From Eledone cirrhosa (lineage: Eukaryota), in the NCBI GenBank assembly GCA_964016885.1, contig OZ024740.1:420112001-420176000 (forward strand): a DNA stretch of 64,000 bases, read 5' to 3'. A program made the translations under genes and the position numbers. Numbering within the stretch: position 1 is the first letter of the stretch; each line of letters begins with the position of its first letter. Positions 36,401 to 51,400 of the stretch are shown here, one piece after another. The notes under the pieces are model-generated. The model had not been told where the DNA came from. It worked only from the letters and a program-made list of their open reading frames with translations, and made no database searches.

Positions 36401-39400
36401 ACATATGTGGTGGGAAAGAGGTAGAGTTGGAGATGACAGTCTAAATATGTGGTGGGAAAGAGGTAGAGTTGGAGGTGACAGTCTACATATGTGGTGGGAA
36501 AGAGGTAGAGTTGGAGGTGACAGTCTAAATATGTGGTGGGAAAGAGGTAGAGTTGGAGGTGACAGTCTACATATGTGGTGGGAAAGAGGTAGAGTTGGAG
36601 GTGACAGTCTACATATGTGGTGGGAAAGAGGTAGAGTTGGAGATGACAGTCTAAATATGTGGTGGGAAAGAGGTAGAGTTGGAAATGACAGTCTACATAT
36701 GTGGTGGGAAAGAGGTAGAGTTGGAGATGACAGTCTAAATATGTGGTGGGAAAGAGGTAGAGTTGGAGGTGACAGTCTACATATGTGGTGGGAAAGAGGT
36801 AGAGTTGGAGGTGACAGTCTACATATGTGGTGGGAAAGAGGTAGAGTTGGAGGTGACAGTCTACATATGTGGTGGGAAAGAGGTAGAGTTGGAGGTGACA
36901 GTCTACATATGTGGTGGGAAAGAGGTAGAGTTGGAGATGACAGTCTAAATATGTGGTGGGAAAGAGGTAGAGTTGGAGGTGACAGTCTACATATGTGGTG
37001 GGAAAGAGGTAGAGTTGGAGATGACAGTCTAAATATGTGGTGGGAAAGAGGTAGAGTTGGAGGTGACAGTCTACATATGTGGTGGGAAAGAGGTAGAGTT
37101 GGAGGTGACAGTCTACATATGTGGTGGGAAAGAGGTAGAGTTGGAGGTGACAGTCTACATATGTGGTGGGAAAGAGGTAGAGTTGGAGGTGACAGTCTAC
37201 ATATGTGGTGGGAAAGAGGTAGAGTTGGAGGTGACAGTCTACATATGTGGTGGGAAAGAGGTAGAGTTGGTGGTGACAGTCTACATATGTGGTGGGAATG
37301 ATGTAGAGTTGGAGGTAACAGTCTACATATGTGGTGGGAATGATGTACAGTTGGAGGTGACAATCTACATATGTGGTGGGTCTGATGTAGTGTTGGAGGT
37401 GACAGTCTACATATGTGGCAGGAATGATGTAGAGTTGAGGTGACAGTCTACATATGTGGTGGGAATGATGTAGAATTGAAGGGGACAGTCTACATATGTG
37501 GTGGGAATGATGTAGAGTTGGAGGTGACAGTCTACATATGTCTTGGGAATGATGCAGAGTTGCAGGTAACAGTCTACATATGTGGTGGGAATGATGTACA
37601 GTTGGAGGTGACAGTCTATATATGTCGTGGGAATGATGTAGAGTTGGAGGTAACAGTCTACATATGTGGGGGGAATGATGTACAGTTGGAGGTGACAGTC
37701 TATATATGTGGTGGGAATGATGTAGAGTTGGAGGTGACAGTCTACATATGTGGTGGGAATGATGTACAGTTGGAGGTGACAGTCTATATATGTGGTGGGA
37801 ATGATGTACAGTTAGAGGTGACAGTCTACATAGGTGGTGGGAATGATGTACAGTTGGAGGTGACAGTCTGCATATGTGGTGGGAATGATGTAGAGTCGGA
37901 GATGACAATCTACATATGTTGTGGGAATGATGTAGAGTTGGAGGTGACAGTCTACATATGTGGTGGGAATGATGTAGAGTTGGAGGTAACAGTCTACATA
38001 TGTGGTGGGAATGATGTAGAGTTGGAGGTGACAAACTACATATGTGGTGGGAATGATGTAGAGTTGGAGGTGACAGTCTACAGATGTGGTGGGAAAGAGG
38101 TAGAGTTGGGGGATGACAGTCTACATATGTGGTGGGAATGATGTACTGTTGGAGGTGACAATCTACATATGTGGTGGGAATGATGTACTGTTGGAGGTGA
38201 CACTCTACATATGTGGTGGGAATGATGTAGAGTTGGAGGTGACAGTCTACATATGTGGTGGGAATGATGTAGAGTTAGAGGTGACAGTCTACAAATTAAG
38301 TGGGAATGATGTAGGGTTGGAAGTAACAGTCTACATATGTGGTGGGAATGATGTACAGTTGGAGGTGACAGTCTACATATGTGGTGGGAATGATATAGAG
38401 TTGGAGGTGAGTCTACATATGTGGTGGGAATGATGTAGAGTTGGAGGTGATAGTCTACATATGTAGGTGGGAAAGAGGTAGAGTTGGAGGTGACAGTCTA
38501 CATATGTGGTGGGAACGATGTAGAGTTAGAGGTGACAGTCTACATATGTGGTGGGAAAGAGGTAGAGTTGGAGGTGAGAGTCTACATATGTGGTGGGAAA
38601 GAGGTAGAGTTGGAGGTGATAGTCTACATATGTGGTGGGACTGATGTACAGTTGGAGATGACAGTCTACATATGTGGTGGGAATGATGTAGAGTTGGAGG
38701 TGACAGTCTACATATGTGGTGGGAATGATGTAGAGTTAGAGGTGACAGTCTACAAATTAAGTGGGAATGATGTAGGGTTGGAAGTAACAGTCTACATATG
38801 TGGTGGGAATGATGTACAGTTGGAGGTGACAGTCTATATATGTGGTGGGAATGATGTACAGTTGGAGGTGACAGTCTACATAGGTGGTGGGAATGATGTA
38901 CAGTTGGAGGTGACAGTCTGCATATGTGGTGGGAATGATGTAGAGTCGGAGGTGACAATCTACATATGTTGTGGGAATGATGTAGAGTTGGAGGTAACAG
39001 TCTACATATGTGGTGGGTATGATGTACAGTTGGAGGTGACAGTCTACATATGTGGTGGGAATGGTGTAGAGTTGGAGGTGACAGTCTACATATGTGGCAG
39101 GAATGATGTAGAGTTGAAGGTGACAGTTTACATATGTGGTGGGAATGATGTAGAGTTCAAGGGGACAGTCTACATATGTGGTGGGAATGATGTAGAGTTG
39201 GAGGTGACAGTCTACATATGTGGTGGGAATGATGTACTGTTGGAGGTGACACTCTACATATGTGGTGGGAATGATGTAGAGTTGGAGGTGACAGTCTACA
39301 TATGTGGTGGGAATGATGTAGAGTTAGAGGTGACAGTCTACAAATTAAGTGGGAATGATGTAGGGTTGGAAGTAACAGTCTACATATGTGGTGGGAATGA

Positions 39401-42400
39401 TGTACAGTTGGATGTGACAGTCTACATATGAGGTGCGAATGATGTACAGTTGGAGGTGACAGTCTACATATGTAGTGGGAATGATGTACAGTTGGAGGTG
39501 ACAGTCTACATATGTGGTGGGAATGATGTAGAGTTGGAGGTGACAATCTACATATGTGGTGGGAATTATGTAGAGTTGGAGGTGACAATCTACATATGTG
39601 GTGGGAATTATGTAGAGTTGGAGGTGACAGTCTACATATGTGGTGGGAATGGTGTAGAGTTGGAGGTGACAATCTACATATGTGGTGGGAAGGATGTAGA
39701 GTTGGAGGTGACAGTCTACATATGTGGTGGGAAAGAGGTACAGTTGGAGGTGACAGTCTACATATGTGGTGGGAATGATGTAAAGTTGGAGGTGACAGTC
39801 TACATATGTGGTGGGAATGATGTACAGTTGGAGGTGACAGTCTATATATGTGGTGGGAATGATGTACAGTTGGAGGTGACAGTCTACATAGGTGGTGGGA
39901 ATGATGTACAGTTGGAGGTGACAGTCTGCATATGTGGCGGGAATGATGTAGAGTCGGAGGTGAAAGTCTACATATGTTGTGGGAATGATGTAGAGTTGGG
40001 GGTGACAGTCTACGTTTGTGGTGTGAATGATGTAGAGTTGGAGGTAACAGTCTACATATGTGGTGGGTCTGATGTACAGTTGGAGGTGACAGTCTACATA
40101 TGTGGTGGGAATGGTGTAGAGTTGGAGGTGACAGTCTACATATGTGGCAGGAATGATGTAGAGTTGGAAGTGACAGTTTACATATGTGGTGGGAATGATG
40201 TAGAGTTGAAGGGGACAGTCTACATATGTGGTGGGAATGATGTAGAGTTGGAGGTGACAGTCTACATATGTGGTGGGAATGATGTATTGTTGGAGGTGAC
40301 ACTCTACATATGTGGTGGGAATGATGTAGAGTTGGAGGTGACAGTCTACATATGTGGTGGGAATGATGTAGAGTTGGAGGTAACAGTCTACATATGTGGT
40401 GGGTCTGATGTACAGTTGGAGGTGACAGTCTACATATGTGGTGGGAATGGTGTAGAGTTGGAGGTGACAGTCTACATATGTGGCAGGAATGATGTAGAGT
40501 TGGAGGTGACAGTTTACATATGTGGTGGGAATGATGTAGAGTTGAAGGCGACAGTCTACATATGTGGTGGGAATGATGTAGAGTTGGAGGTGACAGTCTA
40601 CATATGTGGTGGGAATGATGTAGAGTTGGTGGTGACGGTCTACATATGTGGTGGGAATTGGTAGAGTTGGAGGTGACAGTCTACATATGTGGTGGGAACG
40701 ATGTAGATTTGGAGGTGACAGTCTACATATGTGGTGAGAAAGAGGTAGAGTTGGAGGTGACAATCTACATATGTGGTGGGAATGGTGTAGAGTTGGAGGT
40801 GACAGTCTACATATGTGGCAGGAATGATGTAGAGTTGGAGGTGACAGTTTACATATGTGGTGGGAATGATGTAGAGTTGAAGGGGACAGTCTACATATGT
40901 GGTGGGAATGATGTAGAGTTGGTGGTGACAGTCTACATATGTGGTGGGAAAGAGGTAGAGTTGGTGGTGACAGTCTACATATGTGGTGGGAATGATGTAG
41001 AGTTGGAGGTAACAGTCTACATATGTGGTGGGAAAGAGGTAGTGTTGGAGGTGACAGTCTACATATGTGGTGGGAATGATGTAGAGTTGGGTGTGACAAT
41101 CTACATATGTGGTGGGAAAGAGGTAGAGTTGGAGGTGACAGTCTACATATGTGGTGAGAAAGAGGTAGAGTTGGAGGTGACAGTCTACATATGTGGTGGG
41201 AATGATGTAGAGTTGGAGGTGACAGTCTACATATGTGGTGGGAATTATGTAGAGTTGGAGGTGACAGTCTACATATGTGGTGGGAATGATGTATAGTTGG
41301 AGGTGACAGTCTACATATGTGGTGGGAATGATGTAGAGTTGGAGGTGACAATCTACATATGTGGTGGGAAGGATGTAGAGTTGGAGGTGACAGTCTACAT
41401 ATGTGGTGGGAAAGAGGTAGAGTTGGAGGTAACAGTCTACATATGTGGTGGGAATGATGTAGAGTTGAAGGTGACAGTCTACATATGTGGTGGGAATGAT
41501 GTAGAGTTGGAGGTAACAGTCTACATATGTGGTGGGAATGATGTACAGTTGGAGGTGACAATCTACATATGTGGTGGGTCTGATGTAGTGTTGGAGGTGA
41601 CAGTCTACATATGTGGCAGGAATGATGTAGAGTTGAGGTGACAGTCTACATATGTGGTGGGAATGATGTAGAATTGAAGGGGACAGTCTACATATGTGGT
41701 GGGAATGATGTAGAGTTGGAGGTGACAGTCTACATATGTCTTGGGAATGATGCAGAGTTGCAGGTAACAGTCTACATATGTGGTGGGAATGATATACAGT
41801 TGGAGGTGACAGTCTATATATGTCGTGGGAATGATGTAGAGTTGGAGGTAACAGTCTACATATGTGGTGGGAATGATGTACAGTTGGAGGTGACAGTCTA
41901 TATATGTGGTGGGAATGATGTAGAGTTGGAGGTGACAGTCTACATATGTGGTGGGAATGATGTACAGTTGGAGGTGACAGTCTATATATGTGGTGGGAAT
42001 GATGTACAGTTGGAGGTGACAGTCTACATAGGTGGTGGGAATGATGTACAGTTGGAGGTGACAGTCTGCATATGTGGTGGGAATGATGTAGAGTCGGAGG
42101 TGACAATCTACATATGTTGTGGGAATGATGTAGAGTTGGAGGTGACAGTCTACATATGTGGTGGGAATGATGTAGAGTTGGAGGTAACAGTCTACATATG
42201 TGGTGGGAATGATGTAGAGTTGGAGGTGACAAACTACATATGTGGTGGGAATGATGTAGAGTTGGAGGTGACAGTCTACAGATGTGGTGGGAAAGAGGTA
42301 GAGTTGGGGGATGACAGTCTACATATGTGGTGGGAATGATGTACTGTTGGAGGTGACAATCTACATATGTGGTGGGAATGATATAGAGTTGGAGGTGACA

Positions 42401-45400
42401 GTCTACATATGTGGTGGGAATGATGTAGAGTTAGAGGTGACAGTCTACAAATTAAGTGGGAATGATGTAGGGTTGGAAGTAACAGTCTACATATGTGGTG
42501 GGAATGATATAGAGTTGGAGGTGAGTCTACATATGTGGTGGGAATGATGTAGAGTTGGAGGTGATAGTCTACATATGTAGGTGGGAAAGAGGTAGAGTTG
42601 GAGGTGACAGTCTACATATGTGGTGGGAACGATGTAGAGTTGGAGGTGACAGTCTACATATGTGGTGGGAAAGAGGTAGAGTTGGAGGTGAGAGTCTACA
42701 TATGTGGTGGGAAAGAGGTAGAGTTGGAGGTGATAGTCTACATATGTGGTGGGACTGATGTACAGTTGGAGATGACAGTCTACATATGTGGTGGGAATGA
42801 TGTACAGTTGGAGGTGACAATCTACATATGTGGTGGGCATGATGTAGAGTTGGAGGTGACAAACTACATATGTGGTGGGAATGATGTAGAGTTGGAGGTG
42901 ACAGTCTACATATGTGGTGGGAAAGAGGTAGAGTTGGGGGATGACAGTCTACATATGTGGTGGGAATGATGTACTGTTGGAGGTGACACTCTACATATGT
43001 GGTGGGAATGATGTAGAGTTGGAGGTGACAGTCTACATATGTGGTGGGAATGATGTAGAGTTAGAGGTGACAGTCTACAAATTAAGTGGGAATGATGTAG
43101 GGTTGGAAGTAACAGTCTACATATGTGGTGGGAATGATGTACAGTTGGAGGTGACAGTCTATATATGTGGTGGGAATGATGTGCAGTTGGAGGTGACAGT
43201 CTACATAGGTGGTGGGAATGATGTACAGTTGGAGGTGACAGTCTGCATATGTGGTGGGAATGATGTAGAGTCGGAGGTGACAATCTACATATGTTGTGGG
43301 AATGATGTAGAGTTGGAGGTAACAATCTACATATGTGGTGGGTCTGATGTACAGTTGGAGGTGACAGTCTACATATGTGGTGGGAATGGTGTAGAGTTGG
43401 AGGTGACAGTCTACATATGTGGCAGGAATGATGTAGAGTTGGAGGTGACAGTCTACATATGTGGTGGGAATGATGTAGAGTTAGAGGTGACAGTCTACAA
43501 ATTAAGTGGGAATGATGTAGGGTTGGAAGTAACAGTCTACATATGTGGTGGGCATGATGTACAGTTGGATGTGACAGTCTACATATGAGGTGGGAATGAT
43601 GTACAGTTGGAGGTGACAGTCTACATATGTAGTGGGAATGATGTACAGTTGGAGGTGACAGTCTACATATGTGGTGGGAATGATGTAGAGTTGGAGGTGA
43701 CAATCTACATATGTAGTGGGAATTATGTAGAGTTGGAGGTGACAATCTACATATGTGGTGGGAATTATGTAGAGTTGGAGGTGACAGTCTACATATGTGG
43801 TTGGAATGGTGTAGAGTTGGAGGTGACAATCTACATATGTGGTGGGAAGGATGTAGAGTTGGAGGTGACAGTCTACATATGTGGTGGGAAAGAGGTACAG
43901 TTGGAGGTGACAGTCTACATATGTGGTGGGAATGATGTAAAGTTGGAGGTGACAGTCTATATATGTGGTGGGAATGATGTACAGTTGGAGGTGACAGTCT
44001 ATATATGTGGTGGGAATGATGTACAGTTGGAGGTGACAGTCTACATAGGTGGTGGGAATGATGTACAGTTGGAGGTGACAGTCTGCATATGTGGTGGGAA
44101 TGATGTAGAGTCGGAGGTGAAAGTCTACATATGTTGTGGGAATGATGTAGAGTTGGGGGTGACAGTCTACGTTTGTGGTGGGAATGATGTAGAGTTGGAG
44201 GTAACAGTCTACATATGTGGTGGGTCTGAGGTACAGTTGGAGGTGACAGTCTACATATGTGGTGGGAATGGTGTAGAGTTGGAGGTGACAGTCTACATAT
44301 GTGGCAGGAATGATGTAGAGTTGGAGGTGACAGTTTACATATGTGGTGGGAATGATGTAGAGTTGAAGGGGACAGTCTACATATGTGGTGGGAATGATGT
44401 ATAGTTGGAGGTGACAGTCTACATATGTGGTGGGAATGATGTACTGTTGGAGGTGACACTCTACATATGTGGTGGGAATGATGTAGAGTTGGAGGTGACA
44501 GTCTACATATGTGGTGGGAATGATGTAGAGTTGGAGGTAACAGTCTACATATGTGGTGGGTCTGATGTACAGTTGGAGGTGACAGTCTACATATGTGGTG
44601 GGAATGGTGTAGAGTTGGAGGTGACAGTCTACATATGTGGCAGGAATGATGTAGAGTTGGAGGTGACAGTTTACATATGTGGTGGGAATGATGTAGAGTT
44701 GAAGGCGACAGTCTACATATGTGGTGGGAATGATGTAGAGTTGGAGGTGACAGTCTACATATGTGGTGGGAATGATGTAGAGTTGGTGGTGACGGTCTAC
44801 ATATGTGGTGGGAATTGGTAGAGTTGGAGGTGACAGTCTACATATGTGGTGGGAACGATATAGAGTTGGAGGTGACAGTCTACATATGTGGTGGGAATGA
44901 TGTAGAGTTGGAGGTGACAGTCTACATATGTGGTGAGAAAGAGGTAGAGTTGGAGGTGACAATCTACATATGTGGTGGGAATGGTGTAGAGTTGGAGGTG
45001 ACAGTCTACATATGTGGCAGGAATGATGTAGAGTTGGAGGTGACAGTTTACATATGTGGTGGGAATGATGTAGAGTTGAAGGGGACAGTCTACATATGTG
45101 GTGGGAATGATGTAGAGTTGGTGGTGACAGTCTACATATGTGGTGGGAAAGAGGTAGAGTTGGTGGTGACAGTCTACATATGTGGTGGGAATGATGTAGA
45201 GTTGGAGGTAACAGTCTACATATGTGGTGGGAAAGAGGTAGTGTTGGAGGTGACAGTCTACATATGTGGTGAGAAAGAGGTAGAGTTGGAGGTGACAGTC
45301 TACATATGTGGTGGGAATGATGTAGAGTTGGAGGTGACAGTCTACATATGTGGTGGGAATTATGTAGAGTTGGAGGTGACAGTCTACATATGTGGTGGGA

Positions 45401-48400
45401 ATGATGTATAGTTGGAGGTGACAGTCTACATATGTGGTGGGAATGATGTAGAGTTGGAGGTGACAATCTACATATGTGGTGGGAAGGATGTAGAGTTGGA
45501 GGTGACAGTCTACATATGTGGTGGGAAAGAGGTAGAGTTGGAGGTAACAGTCTACATATGTGGTGGGAATGATGTAGAGTTGGAGGTGACAGTCTACATA
45601 TGTGGTGGGAATGATGTACAGTTGGAGGTGACAGTCTACATATATAGTGGGAATGATGTACAGTTGGAGGTGACAGTCTACATACATAGGTGGTGGGAAT
45701 GATGTACAGTTGGAGGTGACAATCTACATATGTGGTGGGTCTGATGTACAGTTGGAGGTGACAGTCTACATATGTGGTGGGAATGGTGTAGAGTTGGAGG
45801 TGACAGTCTACATATGTGGCAGGAATGATGTAGAGTTGAGGTGACGGTCTACATATGTGGTGGGAATGATGTAGAATTGAAGGGGACAGTCTACATATGT
45901 GTTGGGAATGATGTAGAGTTGGAGGTGACAGTCTACATATGTCTTGGGAATGATGCAGAGTTGCAGGTAACAGTCTACATATGTGGTGGGAATGATGTAC
46001 AGTTGGAGGTGACAGTCTATATATGTGGTGGGAATGATGTAGAGTTGGAGGTGACAGTCTACATATGTGGTGGGTATGATGTAGATTTGGAGATGACAGT
46101 CTACATATGTGGTGGGAATGATGTAGAGTTGGATGTGACAGTCTACATATGTTGTGGGAATGATGTAGAGTTGGAGGTGACAGTCTACATATGTGGTGGG
46201 AATGATGTAGAGTTGGAGGTGAGTCTACATATGTGGTGGGAATGATGTAGAGTTGGAGGTGATAGTCTACATATGTAGGTGGGAAAGAGGTAGAGTTGGA
46301 GGTGACAGTCTACATATGTGGTGGGAATGATGTAGAGTTGGAGGTGACAGTCTACATATGTGGTGGGAAAGAGGTAGAGTTGGAGATGACAGTCTAAATA
46401 TGTGGTGGGAAAGAGGTAGAGTTGGAGGTGACAGTCTACATATGTGGTGGGAAAGAGGTAGAGTTGGAGGTGACAGTCTACATATGTGGTGGGAAAGAGG
46501 TAGAGTTGGAGATGACAGTCTAAATATGTGGTGGGAAAGAGGTAGAGTTGGAGGTGACAGTCTACATATGTGGTGGGAAAGAGGTAGAGTTGTAGGTGAC
46601 AGTCTACATATGTGGTGGGAAAGAGGTAGAGTTGGAGGTGACAGTGTACATATGTGGTGGGAATGATGTAGAGTTGGAAGTGACATTCTAAATATGTGGT
46701 GGGAATGATGTAGAGTTGGTGGTGACAGTCTAAATATGTTTGTGGGAATGATGTAGAGTTGGTGGTGACAGTCTAAATATGTGGTGGGAATGATGTAGAG
46801 TTGGTGGTGACAGTATACATATGTGGTGGGAAAGAGGTAGAGTTGGAGGTGACAGTCTACATATGTGGTGGGAATGATGTACAGTTGGAGGTGACAGTCT
46901 ATATATGTGGTGGGAATGATGTACAGTTGGAGCTGACAGTCTACATATGTGGCAGGAATGATGTAGAGTTGGAGGTGACAGTTTACATATGTGGTGGGAA
47001 TGATGTAGATTTGAAGGGGACAGTCTACATATGTGGTGGGAATGATGTAGAGTTGGAGCTGACAGTCTACATATGTGGTGGGAATGATGTAGAGTTGGAG
47101 GTAACAGTCTACATATGTGGTGGGTCTGATGTACAGTTGGAGGTGACAGTCTACATATGTGGTGGGAATGGTGTAGAGTTGGAGGTGACAGTCTACATAT
47201 GTGGCAGGAATGATGTAGAGTTGGAGGTGACAGTTTACATATGTGGTGGGAATGATGTAGAGTTGAAGGCGACAGTCTACATATGTGGTGGGAATGATGT
47301 AGAGTTGGAGGTGACAGTCTACATATGTGGTGGGAATGATGTAGAGTTGGTGGTGACGGTCTACATATGTGGTGGGAATTGGTAGAGTTGGAGGTGACAG
47401 TCTACATATGTGGTGGGAACGATGTAGAGTTGGAGGTGACAGTCTACATATGTGGTGGGAATGATGTAGAGTTGGAGGTGCCAGTCTACATATGTGGTGA
47501 GAAAGAGGTAGAGTTGGAGGTGACAGTCTACATATGTGGTGGGAATGGTGTAGAGTTGGAGGTGACAGTCTACATATGTGGCAGGAATGATGTAGAGTTG
47601 GAGGTGACAGTTTACATATGTGGTGGGAATGATGTAGAGTTGAAGGGGACAGTCTACATATGTGGTGGGAATGATGTAGAGTTGGTGGTGACAGTCTACA
47701 TATGTGGTGGGAAAGAGGTAGAGTTGGTGGTGACAGTCTACATATGTGGTGGGAATGATGTAGAGTTGGAGGTAACAGTCTACATATGTGGTGGGAAAGA
47801 GGTAGTGTTGGAGGTGACAGTCTACATATGTGGTGGGAATGATGTAGACTTGGGTGTGGCAATCTACATATGTGGTGGGAAAGAGGTAGAGTTGGAGGTG
47901 ACAGTCTACATATGTGGTGAGAAAGAGGTAGAGTTGGAGGTGACAGTCTACATATGTGGTGGGAATGATGTAGAGTTGGAGGTGACAGTCTACATATGTG
48001 GTGGGAATTATGTAGAGTTGGAGGTGACAGTCTACATATGTGGTGGGAATGATGTAGAGTTGGTGGTGACAGTCTAAATATGTTTGTGGGAATGATGTAG
48101 AGTTGGTGGTGACAGTCTAAATATGTGGTGGGAATGATGTAGAGTTGGTGGTGACAGTCTACATATGTGGTGGGAAAGAGGTAGAGTTGGAGGTGACAGT
48201 CTACATATGTGGTGGGAATGATGTACAGTTGGAGGTGACAGTCTATATATGTGGTGGGAATGATGTACAGTTGGAGGTGACAGTCTACATATGTGGCAGG
48301 AATGATGTAGAGTTGGAGGTGACAGTTCACATATGTGGTGGGAATGATGTAGAGTTGAAGGGGACAGTCTACATATGTGGTGGGAATGATGTAGAGTTGG

Positions 48401-51400
48401 AGCTGACAGTCTACATATGCGGTGGGAATGATGTAGAGTTGGAGGTAACAGTCTACATATGTGGTGGGTCTGATGTACAGTTGGAGGTGACAGTCTACAT
48501 ATGTGGTGGGAATGGTGTAGAGTTGGAGGTGACAGTCTACATATGTGGCAGGAATGATGTAGAGTTGGAGGTGACAGTTTACATATGTGGTGGGAATGAT
48601 GTAGAGTTGAAGGCGACAGTCTACATATGTGGTGGGAATGATGTAGAGTTGGAGGTGACAGTCTACATATGTGGTGGGAATGATGTAGAGTTGGTGGTGA
48701 CGGTCTACATATGTGGTGGGAATTGGTAGAGTTGGAGGTGACAGTCTACATATGTGGTGGGAACGATGTAGAGTTGGAGGTGACAGTCTACATATGTGGT
48801 GGGAATGATGTAGAGTTGGAGGTGACAGTCTACATATGTGATGAGAAAGAGGTAGAGTTGGAGGTGACAGTCTACATATGTGGTGGGAATGGTGTAGAGT
48901 TGGAGGTGACAGTCTACATATGTGACAGGAATGATGTAGAGTTGGAGGTGACAGTTTACATATGTGGTGGGAATGATGTAGAGTTGAAGGGGACAGTCTA
49001 CATATGTGGTGGGAATGATGTAGAGTTGGTGGTGACAGTCTACATATGTGGTGGGAAAGAGGTAGAGTTGGTGGTGACAGTCTACATATGTGGTGGGAAT
49101 GATGTAGAGTTGGAGGTAACAGTCTACATATGTGGTGGGAAAGAGGTAGAGTTGGAGGTGACAGTCTACATATGTGGTGAGAATGATGTAGAGTTGGGTG
49201 TGACAATCTACATATGTGGTGGGAAAGAGGTAGAGTTGGAGGTGACAGTCTACATATGTGGTGAGAAAGAGGTAGAGTTGGAGGTGACAGTCTACATATG
49301 TGGTGGGAATGATGTAGAGTTGGAGGTGACAGTCTACATATGTGGTGGGAATTATGTAGAGTTGGAGGTGACAGTCTACATATGTGGTGGGAATGATGTA
49401 TAGTTGGAGGTGACAGTCTACATATGTGGTGGGAATGATGTAGAGTTGGAGGTGACAATCTACATATGTGGTGGGAAGGATGTAGAGTTGGAGGTGACAG
49501 TCCACATATGTTGTGGGAAAGAGGTAGAGTTGGAGGTAACAGTCTACATATGTGGTGGGAATGATGTAGAGTTGGAGGTGACAGTCTACATATGTGGTGG
49601 GAATGATGTATAGTTGGAGGTGACAGTCTACATATGTGGTGGGAATGATGTAGAGTTGGAGGTGACGATCTACATATGTGGTGGGAAGGATGTAGAGTTG
49701 GAGGTGACAGTCTACATATGTTGTGGGAAAGAGGTAGAGTTGGAGGTAACAGTCTACATATGTGGTGGGAATGATGTAGAGTTGGAGGTGACAGTCTACA
49801 TATGTGGTGGGAATGATGTACAGTTGGAGGTGACAGTCTACATACATAGGTGGTGGGAATGATGTACAGTTGGAGGTGACAATCTACATAAGTGGTGGGT
49901 CTGATGTACAGTTGGGGGTGACAGTCTACATATGTGGTGGGAATGGTGTAGAGTTGGAAATGACAGTCTACATATGTGGCAGGAATGATGTAGAGTTGAG
50001 GTGACGGTCTACATATGTGGTGGGAATGATGTAGAATTGAAGGGGACAGTCTACATATGTGTTGGGAATGATGTAGAGTTGGAGGTGACAGTCTACATAT
50101 GTCTTGGGAATGATGCAGAGTTGCAGGTAACAGTCTACATATGTTGTGGGAATGATGTACAGTTGGAGGTGACAGTCTATATATGTGGTGGGAATGATGT
50201 AGAGTTGGAGGTGACAGTCTACATATGTGGTTGGTATGATGTAGATTTGGAGATGACAGTCTACATATGTGGTGGGAATGATGTAGAGTTGGATGTGACA
50301 GTCTACATATGTTGTGGGAATGATGTAGAGTTGGAGGTGACAGTCTACATATGTGGTGGGAATGATGTAGAGTTGGAGGTGAGTCTACATATGAGGTGGG
50401 AATAATGTAGAGTTGGAGGTGATAGTCTACATATGTAGGTGGGAAAGAGGTAGAGTTGGAGATGACAGTCTAAATATGTGGTGGGAAAGAGGTAGAGTTG
50501 GAGGTGACAGTCTACATATGTGGTGGGAAAGAGGTAGAATTGGAGGTGACAGTCTACATATGTGGTGGGAAAGAGGTAGAGTTGGAGATGACAGTCTAAA
50601 TATGTGGTGGGAAAGAGGTAGAGTTGGAGGTGACAGTCTACATATGTGGTGGGAAAGAGGTAGAGTTGGAGGTGACAGTCTACATATGTGGTGGGAAAGA
50701 GGTAGAGTTGGAGGTGACAGTCTACATATGTGGTGGGAATGATGTAGAGTTGGAGGTGACATTCTAAATATGTGGTGGGAATGATGTAGAGTTGGTGGTG
50801 ACAGTCTAAATATGTTTGTGGGAATGATGTAGAGTTGGTGGTGACAGTCTACATATGTGGTGGGAATGATGTAGAGTTGGTAGTGACAGTCTACATATGT
50901 GGTGGGAAAGAGGTAGAGTTGGTGGTGACAGTCTACATATGTGGTGGGAATGATGTAGAGTTGGAGGTAACAGTCTACATATGTGGTGGGAATGATGTAC
51001 AGTTGGAGGTGACAATCTACATATGTGGTGGGTCTGATGTAGTGTTGGAGGTGACAGTCTACATATCTGGCAGGAATGATGTAGAGTTGAGGTGACAGTC
51101 TACATATGTGGTGGGAATGATGTAGAATTGAAGGGGACAGTCTACATATGTGGTGGGAATGATGTAGAGTTGGAGGTGACAGTCTACATATGTCTTGGGA
51201 ATGATGCAGAGTTGCAGGTAACAGTCTACATATGTGGTGGGAATGATGTACAGTTGGAGGTGACAGTCTATATATGTGGTGGGAATGATGTAGTGTTGGA
51301 GGTGACAGTCTACATATGTGGTGGGAATGATGTAGATTTGGAGATGACAGTCTACATATGTGGTGGGAATGATGTAGAGTTGGATGTGACAGTCTACATA

